Made by a program: the position numbers and the translations under genes
Shown here: one piece after another, positions 19,187-27,572 of the stretch
Numbering within the stretch: position 1 is the first letter of the stretch
Layout of the letters: the number at the start of each line of letters is the position of its first letter
NCBI GenBank assembly: GCA_039933105.1
Contig: JBDTOT010000023.1
Span: 115-64,114, forward strand
DNA length: 64,000 nucleotides
Origin: Gammaproteobacteria bacterium
GTDB taxonomy: Bacteria; Pseudomonadota; Gammaproteobacteria; Steroidobacterales; Rariloculaceae
Direction of reading: 5' to 3'
Notes under the pieces: model-generated
What the model was told of the DNA's origin: nothing
The model's database searches: none
Seen by the model: only the letters and a program-made list of their open reading frames with translations

Positions 19187-19780
19187 ATGCTTCGAGTAAT
19201 GGCAATCGTATTGCTGGCGGCGCAGCTCACGGGCTGTGGCTACAACCGGTTTCAGACACAGGACGAGCAGACCAAAGCTGCGTGGTCCGAGGTGCTGAAC
19301 CAGTATCAGCGCCGCGCCGATTTGATCCCGAATCTCGTCGAGACCGTGCGCGGCTTCGCGCAGCAGGAACAGACCGTGCTGCTCGGCGTGACGGAAGCGC
19401 GTGCGAAGGTCGGTTCGGTGAAAGCCACGCCCGAGCTCGTCAACGACCCCAAGGCGTTTCAGCAGTTCCAGGCCGCGCAGAGCGAGCTCTCGGGCGCGCT
19501 GTCGCGCCTCATGGTCGTCGTCGAAATGTATCCGGATTTGAAGTCCGACCAGAACTTCCGCGATCTGCAGGCGCAGCTCGAAGGCACGGAAAACAGGATC
19601 ACGGTGGCTCGCAACCGTTACATCGAGTCTGTGCAGAACTACAACGTCACGGTGCGCAGCTTCCCGAGCAATATCACGGCGATGATGTTCGGCTATCAGC
19701 AGAAGGCGAACTTCACCGTGGAGAACGAGGCGCAGATCTCGAAACCGCCGCAGGTCGACTTCAGCCGTCCGAAGCAATGA
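19187..19780 (+). CDS. LemA family protein
   Basis: 197 aa. W-EVLNQYQRRADLIPNLVETVRGFAQQE and VEMYPDLKSDQNFRDLQ are hallmark LemA motifs. Confidence 0.9.
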   Translation: MLRVMAIVLLAAQLTGCGYNRFQTQDEQTKAAWSEVLNQYQRRADLIPNLVETVRGFAQQEQTVLLGVTEARAKVGSVKATPELVNDPKAFQQFQAAQSELSGALSRLMVVVEMYPDLKSDQNFRDLQAQLEGTENRITVARNRYIESVQNYNVTVRSFPSNITAMMFGYQQKANFTVENEAQISKPPQVDFSRPKQ

Positions 19781-19808
19781 GCGCAGGCGCTGCGTGCGTG
19801 GCCTGACG

Positions 19809-20681
19809 ATGCACGCCTTCCGGCGCGGCTTTGCCGCGTTCGGCCTCATGCTATTGTTCGTGGCCGCGCTGGCGTTGGCGCAACAGCCCGTGCCGCCGCG
19901 CGCGGCGCGTGTGACGGACTTGACCAATACGTTGCCCGCGGCTACGCAAGCCGCGCTCGATCGCAAGCTCGCGGCGTTCGAGGCACGCAAGGGTAGCCAG
20001 ATCGCGGTACTGCTCGTGGCGACCACCGCGCCCGAGTCGATCGAGCAATACTCGCAACGCGTTGCCGAAGCGTGGAAGCTCGGCCGTGCCGGCGTCGACG
20101 ACGGCGTGCTGCTGCTCGTCGCGGTGCAGGACCGGCGCGCGCGATTCGAGATCGGCTACGGGTTGGAAGGCGCGGTGCCCGACGCGCTCGCGCGGCGCGT
20201 CATCGCCGAGCAACTGGCGCCGAAGTTCAGGGATGGCGACTACGCCGGCGGCATCGACGCGGGTCTGGACGCGCTGATCGGCCTCGTCGAGGGCGAGCCG
20301 TTGCCCGAGCCGGCCGCCCGCGCGCCCGATGTCGAGCCGTGGGGCGCCATGCCCGTGCTGCTGATATTCGCGGCGTTCGTGGCACCGCTGTTCCGCCGCA
20401 TCTTCGGTACGCTGTTTGGCTCGTTGGCACTGGGCGCGGGCGCCGGATTCATCGTGTGGCTCGTCAGCAGCGTGCTGTTCGCTTCCGTGCTCGTGGGTGG
20501 CCTGGTGTTCGTGTTCGCGCTCGCCGGCATCGGTGGCGGTGCTGGCCGGTGGGCCTCTCGCGGCGGCCCGTTCGGCGGCATGCCGGGAGGTTTCGGCGGG
20601 GGCTTCGGCGGAGGCGGGGGCGGTGGCTTTCGCGGGGGCGGCGGGCGTTTCGGCGGCGGCGGTGCGTCGGGAGGCTGGTAG
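19809..20681 (+). CDS. TPM-domain (YgcG-like) membrane protein with Gly-rich tail
   Basis: Signal peptide, then the TPM core (VTDLTNTLP ... IAVLLV ... DDGVLLLVAVQDRRARFEIGYGLE), TM segments and a GGFGGGFGGGGGGGFRGGGGRFGGGG tail. Confidence 0.85.
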   Translation: MHAFRRGFAAFGLMLLFVAALALAQQPVPPRAARVTDLTNTLPAATQAALDRKLAAFEARKGSQIAVLLVATTAPESIEQYSQRVAEAWKLGRAGVDDGVLLLVAVQDRRARFEIGYGLEGAVPDALARRVIAEQLAPKFRDGDYAGGIDAGLDALIGLVEGEPLPEPAARAPDVEPWGAMPVLLIFAAFVAPLFRRIFGTLFGSLALGAGAGFIVWLVSSVLFASVLVGGLVFVFALAGIGGGAGRWASRGGPFGGMPGGFGGGFGGGGGGGFRGGGGRFGGGGASGGW

Positions 20682-20683
20682 CG

Positions 20684-21172
20684 ATGCGCGTCGTCCCTCA
20701 CCTGCTGCTGCCGCGCGTCGTGTTGAACCGGCGGTTCCCGGCGCCGACGCTGAAGGCCATCGAAGGCGCGATCGGCGCGTCGGAGAAGCGCCATCGAGCC
20801 GAAATCCGGTTCGCGATCGAGGTGGCGCTCGATGTGCGCGCCTTATGGCGCGTTCGCACGGTACGCGACCGCGCGCTCGAGGTGTTCGCCGAACTCGGTG
20901 TGTGGAGCACGGCAGAGCGCAACGGCGTGCTGATCTACGTGCTGCTGGCCGAGCGCCACGTCGAGATCGTGGCCGATCAGGGGTTCAAGGGCCGCGTCGG
21001 CGACGCCGAATGGCGCGAAGTCTGCGCGCTGATCGAGCGGGAATTCGCACACAGCCGCTGGTGTGACGGCGCCCTGCACGGCATCGAAGCCGCCACGGCC
21101 TTGCTCGCGCGCGAGTTCCCGACGAGCGGGCAAAACCGCAACGAGCAGCCCGACCGCCCGGTCATTCTCTAA
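20684..21172 (+). CDS. TPM-domain protein
   Basis: ATG 3 nt after the previous stop. It has IEGAIGASEKRHRAEIRFAIE ... NGVLIYVLLAERHVEIVAD. This is the usual third gene of LemA-TPM-TPM clusters. Confidence 0.8.
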   Translation: MRVVPHLLLPRVVLNRRFPAPTLKAIEGAIGASEKRHRAEIRFAIEVALDVRALWRVRTVRDRALEVFAELGVWSTAERNGVLIYVLLAERHVEIVADQGFKGRVGDAEWREVCALIEREFAHSRWCDGALHGIEAATALLAREFPTSGQNRNEQPDRPVIL

Positions 21173-21190
21173 ACCCGAATAACTTCAAGA

Positions 21191-23269
21191 TCAATTAGTT
21201 AGGCCAAGCTCCTCGAGTAACGCGTTAGCCCGGTACACCTTCGTCAGGCCTTCGCGAATAATCGCCGTATCCACGGCCACGGCGCGGTTGCGCGCCGCAT
21301 CGAAGCCATACGAACCGCTGATCGAGTGAATGTTGCCGTCGAAGATCAGGCCTACGACGCGACCATCGGCTGCGATCAGCGGGCTGCCGGAGTTGCCGCC
21401 GACGATGTCGTTGTCCGTGGCCACGTTGAACGGCGTCGTGAGGTCGAGCGTCGGGCGCACAGCCTGCCAACTTTGGGGCACTGCGAACGGCGGCCTGCCG
21501 GTCGCGCGCTCGAACAGCCGCGCGAGGCGAGTCAGCGGATCGACAGCGGTGCCGTTCTCGTCCCAGCCGCGTACGGCGCCGAACGAGAGCCGCAGCGTGA
21601 ACGTGGCGTCCGGGTAGACGGCGGTGCCGAACGCCGCAAACTTCGCGCGTGCGATCTGCTCGTGTGCCGCATCGATCACGGCCTCGACCTCATCCTCGTG
21701 CCATTTGCGGAGCTCGCGCCCCAGGGGGTCGAGCCGCTTGGCAAGCACGATCAACGGGTCGGTGCTCGCGTCGATCGCGGGCTGGCCGCCTTTCCACAGG
21801 GCGAGGCGTACGGCCGGATCGGCCAGCTTCGAGCCGTCGATCAGTCGCGCTGCGAGCGAGTCCGGCGTGTCGTCCGTCAGTAGCTGGCGTACCACCGGGT
21901 CGTCGGGACCGAGCCATTCGCGCATGCGCTCGAGCCCGAACGACAACGTCAGGCGCTCGAGCTCGGGATAGATCGGCACGGCTGCGCCGAGCTGTTGCTC
22001 GATACGCGGTAACGCCGCATCGGCGTACTCGCGCAGCCTCTCGGTGTTCGGCTTCGTGCGCTCGGCGGCCGCGCGCACGAGCAGGCGCGCGTAGCGGAAC
22101 AGGCTGCTGCTGAAGCCGCTGCCGTTCTCGACGTACACGTACGGCAGCCAGCGTCGCTGCTCGGCGGCCAGCGCCGCCTCGATTCGTGCCCAGGGGTCGC
22201 CGCTGACGGTGGCATTGAGCGCCGCGCTCTGCGAGATCTTGCGTTGCAAATCTGCTTCGGCGTCCTGTTTCGTCTGGAGCAGGCTGTCGTCCAGCAACGC
22301 GTCGAGCTGTTTGCGCTGGACCTTGATCGTGTTCTCGAGCCCAAACAGGTTGTCCTGAACGATGCGCGCCGCGGCGTCGCCCGTCTTCGCGAACTGGATG
22401 TACCGGCCGCGCAGCTCGGACGCCCGGAGCAGCGCCTGTGGCAGCCGGCGGTCGCGCAGCGCCTTGAGCTCGGCGACGGTCAGCTGTCGGTCGGTCGAGC
22501 CCGGGTGGCCCGCGACGAATACCGGGTCACCGGCCTTCGGTCCTGCGAAATTGATCGTCAGGTGGTTGGGCGTCGCGGCGGGCTGGCCGTTCACATACGC
22601 GCGCAGCAGCGACATGTCGAAGTCCCAGCGTGGGAACTGGAAGTTGTCGGGGTCGCCACCGAATGCCGCGATCGCGTCCTCGGGGGCGAACACCAGCCGC
22701 ACATCGTCATAGCGGCGGTACTTATAAAGCCAGTACTGCCCGCCGTCGTACAAAGTAACGGCCTGGCATTTCAACGAGCTACGAGACTTTCTGGAAGCAT
22801 CCTCGCAGGTCTGTTCGAGGCCTACGAGCGTCTGGCGGCGCCGTTCGTGGGCGGCCTTGTCGTCGAGGTTCTTGAGCGCAGCTGCCACCTTGGCGGTCAC
22901 GTCCTCCGTGGCCTCGAGCACCTCGGCGATCTGCACGGGGCAACGCAGCTCGTCGGCGCGTGTCGCGGCCGCGAAGCCGCTGTCGATCAGGCTTTCGTCG
23001 CGCGTCGAGTTCTGGGCGAGGCAGTTCTCGACGCAGTGGTGGTTCGTGAGCAGCAGACCCTGCGCCGACACGAACGACGCCGTGCAGTTCGACAGCCGCA
23101 CCGTGGCGAACCGCACGCGGTCGAGCCAGGCCTGATCGATGTTCGCGCCGTAACGCTGCGAGACGGTGGCGCGGGGGAAATTGTCGAAGGTCCACATACC
23201 TTCGTCGGCGAATGCCGGGGCGCTCGCACCGGCGAGCAACGCGAGGGCGGCGACAGCGGCGCGGTTCAT
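21191..23269 (-). CDS. S46 family dipeptidyl-peptidase (DPP7/DPP11-like)
   Basis: Starts MNRAAVAALALLAGASAPAFADEGMW. Catalytic-triad contexts are present (TNHHCV, GGNSGSPL). The 984-aa track ORF includes a spurious extension overlapping modA. Confidence 0.85.
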   Translation of the reverse strand: MNRAAVAALALLAGASAPAFADEGMWTFDNFPRATVSQRYGANIDQAWLDRVRFATVRLSNCTASFVSAQGLLLTNHHCVENCLAQNSTRDESLIDSGFAAATRADELRCPVQIAEVLEATEDVTAKVAAALKNLDDKAAHERRRQTLVGLEQTCEDASRKSRSSLKCQAVTLYDGGQYWLYKYRRYDDVRLVFAPEDAIAAFGGDPDNFQFPRWDFDMSLLRAYVNGQPAATPNHLTINFAGPKAGDPVFVAGHPGSTDRQLTVAELKALRDRRLPQALLRASELRGRYIQFAKTGDAAARIVQDNLFGLENTIKVQRKQLDALLDDSLLQTKQDAEADLQRKISQSAALNATVSGDPWARIEAALAAEQRRWLPYVYVENGSGFSSSLFRYARLLVRAAAERTKPNTERLREYADAALPRIEQQLGAAVPIYPELERLTLSFGLERMREWLGPDDPVVRQLLTDDTPDSLAARLIDGSKLADPAVRLALWKGGQPAIDASTDPLIVLAKRLDPLGRELRKWHEDEVEAVIDAAHEQIARAKFAAFGTAVYPDATFTLRLSFGAVRGWDENGTAVDPLTRLARLFERATGRPPFAVPQSWQAVRPTLDLTTPFNVATDNDIVGGNSGSPLIAADGRVVGLIFDGNIHSISGSYGFDAARNRAVAVDTAIIREGLTKVYRANALLEELGLTN

Positions 23270-24030
23270 GGCGCGCCGGGCCGGTAGCCGAAGTCTGAGA
23301 TCGTTCTGGCGGCAGGCGCGCTGCGCAGGAATTTCAGGAACTCGCGCGCCGCGACGTTCTCTCGGCCGTGCGCGAGCAGCACTGCGTCTTGGCGAAGCGG
23401 CGCGTGCAACTCCTCGGGCACCGGGAAGTAGGCCGTCGGATCCCCGTAGGCGATGGCCTGCGACATCGCGACGAATGCGAGATCTGCGTTGCGCGTTTCG
23501 GCTTGCGCGAAGGTCTGCGCAATGCTCTGCCCGCGCACGAGGCGCGGCTGCAGCGTGTCCCAGAGGCCGAGCGCCTGCAACGTCTGTTGCGCCGCGAGGC
23601 CATACGGAGCGAGGTCCGGATTGGCAATTGCGAGCCAACGAAAATTCTGGCTGCGCAACGCGTCGAGGTTTAGGGGCGCAAATTTTCGTGGTTCCCGCGT
23701 GAATAGCACTAGAGTGCCCACGGCGTACGTGAAGCGCATGGAGCCGTCGCCGCGGCCGTGTGCGACGAGTTTCGCAATCGTCTCCTGGTCCGCGGAGAGC
23801 ATGACGTCGAACGGCGCCCCGTTCGTGATCTGCGCATATAGCTGCCCGGTGCTGCCCGAGACGACCGAGAGCTTGTGCGTGCCGGTCTGCTCGAAGGTGC
23901 GCTGCAGCGCTTCGAGCGGAGCCAGAAAATTGGCCGCGACGGCCACGGTGGCCGAGTCGGCGCCGGCGTGCGCAGACGCACCGCCAAGCAACGCGGCCGC
24001 GACGAGCAGGGGTCTGAAGCAGGTTCTCAT
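23266..24030 (-). CDS. modA: molybdate ABC transporter substrate-binding protein
   Basis: 254 aa with a signal peptide. It has VAVAANFLAPLEAL, SGSTGQLYAQITNGAPFDV and IANPDLAPYG motifs typical of ModA. Confidence 0.8.
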   Translation of the reverse strand: MRTCFRPLLVAAALLGGASAHAGADSATVAVAANFLAPLEALQRTFEQTGTHKLSVVSGSTGQLYAQITNGAPFDVMLSADQETIAKLVAHGRGDGSMRFTYAVGTLVLFTREPRKFAPLNLDALRSQNFRWLAIANPDLAPYGLAAQQTLQALGLWDTLQPRLVRGQSIAQTFAQAETRNADLAFVAMSQAIAYGDPTAYFPVPEELHAPLRQDAVLLAHGRENVAAREFLKFLRSAPAARTISDFGYRPGAP

Positions 24031-24090
24031 TCGCGTGTTTTAGCAGAGCAAAAGGGCGCCGCCTACTGCATATTTCGTGTGACGGTGGCG

Positions 24091-25947
24091 ATGGCGGCGT
24101 GTGGCATGATCGACGCCATGTCGTCTCTGCCTCTTTCGCCCGCAACCGCCGCCGACCGGGCGCGCCACATATTGCGCGAAACGTTCGGGTATGCGGTGTT
24201 TCGCGACCAGCAGGAGCAGGTCATCGGGGCCGCGCTCGACGGGCGCGACTCGCTGGTGCTGATGCCGACCGGCGGCGGTAAGTCGCTGTGCTTTCAGATC
24301 CCCGCGCTCGTTCGCGACGGCGTCGGCATCGTCGTGTCGCCGCTCATTGCGCTGATGGAGGACCAGGTCGGTGCGCTGCGCGAGGCCGGTGTCTCGGCCG
24401 CGTTCTTGAATTCGACGCTGAAGCCCGCCGAGCAGCGCAGCGTAATCGCCGCGCTGCGTTCCGGCGAGCTCGAGCTGCTGTATCTCGCGCCGGAGCGGCT
24501 GCTGCAGCCCGAGACCCTGGACCTGCTCGCCGATGTGCCCGTGGCGCTGATCGCAATCGACGAAGCGCACTGCGTGTCGCAGTGGGGCCATGACTTCCGC
24601 ACGGAATATCTCGGCTTGAGCGCGCTAAAGAGTCGATTTCCCGGCGTACCGCGCATGGCGTTGACGGCCACGGCCACCGTCCCCACGCGGGACGAGATCG
24701 TCGCGCGGCTTGAGCTCAACTCGCCGGACGTGTTCGTGTCGAGTTTCGATCGGGCGAACATCCGCTACTCCGTCCGCAGCAAAACCGATGCGCGCCGCCA
24801 GCTGCTCGACTTCCTGCAAGGTCATCGCGAGGAAGCGGGCATCGTGTACTGCCTGTCGCGCGCCAAGGTGGAGAGCGTGGCCGAATGGTTGAATGAGCAG
24901 GGCTTCTCCGCCGTGCCGTACCACGCAGGGCTTTCGAACGACCAACGCGCCTCGAATCAGCGCCGGTTTTTGAACGAGGACGGGCTCATCGTCGTCGCGA
25001 CGATCGCGTTTGGAATGGGCATCGACAAACCGGACGTGCGTTTCGTCGCGCATCTCGATCTGCCGAAGAGCATGGAGTCGTACTACCAGGAGACCGGCCG
25101 AGCGGGGCGCGACGGCGAGCCGGCCGACGCGTGGATGGTATACGGGCTGCAGGATGTCGTGCAGCTGCGCGCGCTCGTCGAAAGTTCGGAAGCGGGGGAG
25201 GAGCACAAGCGGCGCGAGCTACGCAAGCTCGACGCGCTGCTCGGTTGGTGCGAAGTCACGGAGTGCCGACGGCGGCCGCTGCTCGCGTATTTCGACGAGC
25301 AGCTCACGGCCGACTGCGGCAACTGCGACAACTGTCTCACTCCGCCGGCGACGTTCGACGGCACCGAAGCCGCACGCAAGCTACTGTCCGCCGTGTATCG
25401 CACCGGCCAGATGTTTGGCGCGGCGCATGTGATCGATGTGTTGCTCGGCAACGCAACGGAAAAGGTCGAACGCCATCGACACGAGCGGCTGTCGGTATTC
25501 GGCCTCGGCGCCGACTGGCCAGCTCCCACCTGGCGCTCGTTGCTACGCCAGCTGATCGTACGCGGCTACGTGCAAGTCGATCACGCCCGCTACGGCGCGC
25601 TGGTGCTCACGGACGCGAGCCGCCCCTTGCTGCGTGGCGAAGCGCAGATGCGTGTGCGCGAAGATGCGCGCGCGGCTACCCCACGTAAGAAAACCCGAGC
25701 CGCTGCGCCCGTCGATCTCACGCCCGGCGACGAGCCTCTGTGGCAAGCACTACGCGACTGCCGCAGGCGTCTCGCCACCGAGCACAACGTGCCGCCCTAC
25801 GTGATCTTCCACGACGCGACGCTGCGCGAAATGTTGCGCGCCCGGCCCGACTCGCGCGAAGCCCTGTTGGCGATCTCGGGCGTCGGCCAGTCGAAACTCG
25901 AGCGCTACGGCGACGACTTCCTGGCCGTCCTCCGCTCCGCCGCGTAG
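24091..25947 (+). CDS. recQ: ATP-dependent DNA helicase RecQ
   Basis: Has FGYAVFRDQQEQVI, MPTGGGKSLCFQIPA, DEAHCVSQWGHDFR, a zinc-finger Cys cluster and a C-terminal HRDC region. Alternative ATG starts lie at 24106 and 24118. Confidence 0.9.
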   Translation: MAACGMIDAMSSLPLSPATAADRARHILRETFGYAVFRDQQEQVIGAALDGRDSLVLMPTGGGKSLCFQIPALVRDGVGIVVSPLIALMEDQVGALREAGVSAAFLNSTLKPAEQRSVIAALRSGELELLYLAPERLLQPETLDLLADVPVALIAIDEAHCVSQWGHDFRTEYLGLSALKSRFPGVPRMALTATATVPTRDEIVARLELNSPDVFVSSFDRANIRYSVRSKTDARRQLLDFLQGHREEAGIVYCLSRAKVESVAEWLNEQGFSAVPYHAGLSNDQRASNQRRFLNEDGLIVVATIAFGMGIDKPDVRFVAHLDLPKSMESYYQETGRAGRDGEPADAWMVYGLQDVVQLRALVESSEAGEEHKRRELRKLDALLGWCEVTECRRRPLLAYFDEQLTADCGNCDNCLTPPATFDGTEAARKLLSAVYRTGQMFGAAHVIDVLLGNATEKVERHRHERLSVFGLGADWPAPTWRSLLRQLIVRGYVQVDHARYGALVLTDASRPLLRGEAQMRVREDARAATPRKKTRAAAPVDLTPGDEPLWQALRDCRRRLATEHNVPPYVIFHDATLREMLRARPDSREALLAISGVGQSKLERYGDDFLAVLRSAA

Positions 25948-26017
25948 AGAATCCTGCAACTAGGCAAAACCCAGCACCGTCTTTATGCTGCGCGGTACGC
26001 GTTTCGTGGGGGAGTTC

Positions 26018-26749
26018 ATGCGTAAACCGCCAACGTCAGCCCGTATCCTCGTGGCGCTGCTCGGCCTGTCGCTGGCCGGCGTGGCGGCTGCCACGCGGCC
26101 GGATTTCACCGGCGTGTGGGGCGTGTATCGCGAGCCCGGCGCCGCGGCCCCGCAACGCGGTGCGCCGCAACCGGCGTTACCGCTCAAGCCCGAAGCCAAA
26201 GCGAAGATCGACGCATACCACGCGCTCGTCGACAAGAGCGGTGACACGCCGGGCGGCTTTTGCCTTGGCACCGGCATGCCGGGCTCGATGCTCGGCTCCG
26301 GCGGCTACCCGATGGAGGTCGTTCAGCACGACAAGATGTTCGTCGTCGTGTACGAAGCGCACACCGAAGTGCGGCACATCTACTTAGGCGAGCGCGCGAA
26401 AGAGCAGGATCTGTTCCCCGATCGCAACGGCTATTCGTTCGGCCGTTGGGACGGTGACAGCCTGATCGTCGAAACCACGCATCTGAAGGAGGCCGTCGAT
26501 CAGGCGCGCTATCCGCACAGCGACCAAGCGAAGATCGTCGAGGAGTATCGTCTCGTGACGAACGACGACGGCAGCAAGGTGCTGATCGCCAACATGACAC
26601 TGACCGACCCCACGTTCTACACGCAGCCAATCAAGGCCGAGAAGAAATGGCAGTACCAGCCGGGGATCCGCCTGTTACCGTACGAGTGCACGGAGCCCGC
26701 GTGGGAAGCGCACCTCGAAGAGCTCGCGAACAAACAGGCCGCGCACTAG
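26018..26749 (+). CDS. secreted partner protein L1 of the recurrent S/L module (unknown function)
   Basis: ATG preceded by GGGGGAG, with a signal peptide. Shared motifs: PDFTGVW, P-x3-C-x-G-x-GMP, VRHIY, GYSFGRWDGDSLIVE, YECTE. It is a paralogue of 33092-33952, 48708-49472, 55374-56333 and the C-terminal half of 32022-33077. Confidence 0.75.
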   Translation: MRKPPTSARILVALLGLSLAGVAAATRPDFTGVWGVYREPGAAAPQRGAPQPALPLKPEAKAKIDAYHALVDKSGDTPGGFCLGTGMPGSMLGSGGYPMEVVQHDKMFVVVYEAHTEVRHIYLGERAKEQDLFPDRNGYSFGRWDGDSLIVETTHLKEAVDQARYPHSDQAKIVEEYRLVTNDDGSKVLIANMTLTDPTFYTQPIKAEKKWQYQPGIRLLPYECTEPAWEAHLEELANKQAAH

Positions 26750-26766
26750 TGTGGTCGGAGACGCCA

Positions 26767-27123
26767 ATGAACAAACTGTTAGTTGCACTGCTGCTCACGG
26801 CGGCATTGACGCCACCGGCGTTTGCGCACCACTCCGCGGCGCGGTTCGATCTCACGATTCGCGACCACACGGTCGTAGGGATAGTGAAAGAGTTCAAACC
26901 TGCGAATCCGCACACGAAGATCGTGCTCGAGATTGCGGACGAGAAGGGCAAGCGCGACATCGAATTCGAGGGCCACAGTTTGAACAATTACTACCGTGGC
27001 GGTTGGCGCGAAGGATTGGTCAAGCTCGGTGACAAGATCACGCTGTATGCGGCGCCGACGAAAGACGGCACGGATGGCGGGTACGCGCTCGAAGTCGTAG
27101 CCGCCGATGGCACGAGGTTCTGA
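26767..27123 (+). CDS. small secreted HHS-motif protein S1 (DUF6152-like)
   Basis: 118 aa with GGAG 7 nt upstream of the ATG. Signal peptide ...PPAFA|HHSAARFD, then NPH. One of six paralogous S domains in the window. Confidence 0.8.
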   Translation: MNKLLVALLLTAALTPPAFAHHSAARFDLTIRDHTVVGIVKEFKPANPHTKIVLEIADEKGKRDIEFEGHSLNNYYRGGWREGLVKLGDKITLYAAPTKDGTDGGYALEVVAADGTRF

Positions 27124-27494
27124 TGGACCCCTCCGTCAACGTATTCGGCGAGGAAATCATCGGCTGCAGCGACCGGCCGATCACCGGCTTCTTTCGCGAC
27201 GGCTGCTGCAACACGAGCGATGACGATGTCGGTTCGCACACGGTGTGCGTCGAGGTCACGAAGGATTTTCTCGAGTTCTCGCGCTTCAAGGGCAACGATT
27301 TGTCGACGGCGCGTCCCGAGTTCAATTTTCCGGGCTTGAAGCCGGGCGACCGCTGGTGTTTGTGCGCCGCGCGCTGGCTCGAAGCGCAGCAGCAGGGCAT
27401 GGCGCCGCGCGTGGTGCTCCGGGGCACGCACGAGCGCGCGCTCGAGGTGGTGTCGCTCGATCTCTTGAAGAAGTTCGCCGTCGATTTGAACTAG
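27123..27494 (+). CDS. DUF2237 family protein
   Basis: 123 aa. GFFRDGCCNT ... GNDLSTARPEFNFPGLKPGDRWCLCAARW is the DUF2237 signature. Its start overlaps the S1 stop (TGATG). Confidence 0.85.
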   Translation: MDPSVNVFGEEIIGCSDRPITGFFRDGCCNTSDDDVGSHTVCVEVTKDFLEFSRFKGNDLSTARPEFNFPGLKPGDRWCLCAARWLEAQQQGMAPRVVLRGTHERALEVVSLDLLKKFAVDLN

Positions 27495-27572
27495 GAGATG
27501 GTGAAGCCGGTGTTGTGACAGATCCCGGTAGTGTCTGATAGCTTCCGTCTGGGGGAACAACAGGGGATCGTG

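Noticed and set aside
16993-19230. 745-aa ORF on the minus strand; similar long ORFs at 3609-4976, 4964-6121, 30155-31861 and 49376-51223
   Set aside because: These lie antisense to, or out of frame with, genes that have clear family motifs. Their translations are Arg/Ala/Gly/Pro-rich with no motifs. They are typical stop-poor shadow ORFs of high-GC DNA.
20560-20681. GGC/GGT-rich stretch as a simple-sequence repeat
   Set aside because: It is in frame and encodes the Gly-rich tail of the TPM protein. The codons vary, so it is not a clean microsatellite.
23270-24145. N-terminal extension making the S46 peptidase 984 aa
   Set aside because: The extension is Arg/Ala-rich nonsense and overlaps the well-supported modA gene in another frame. 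The internal MNRAAVAALALLAG... start gives a proper signal peptide.
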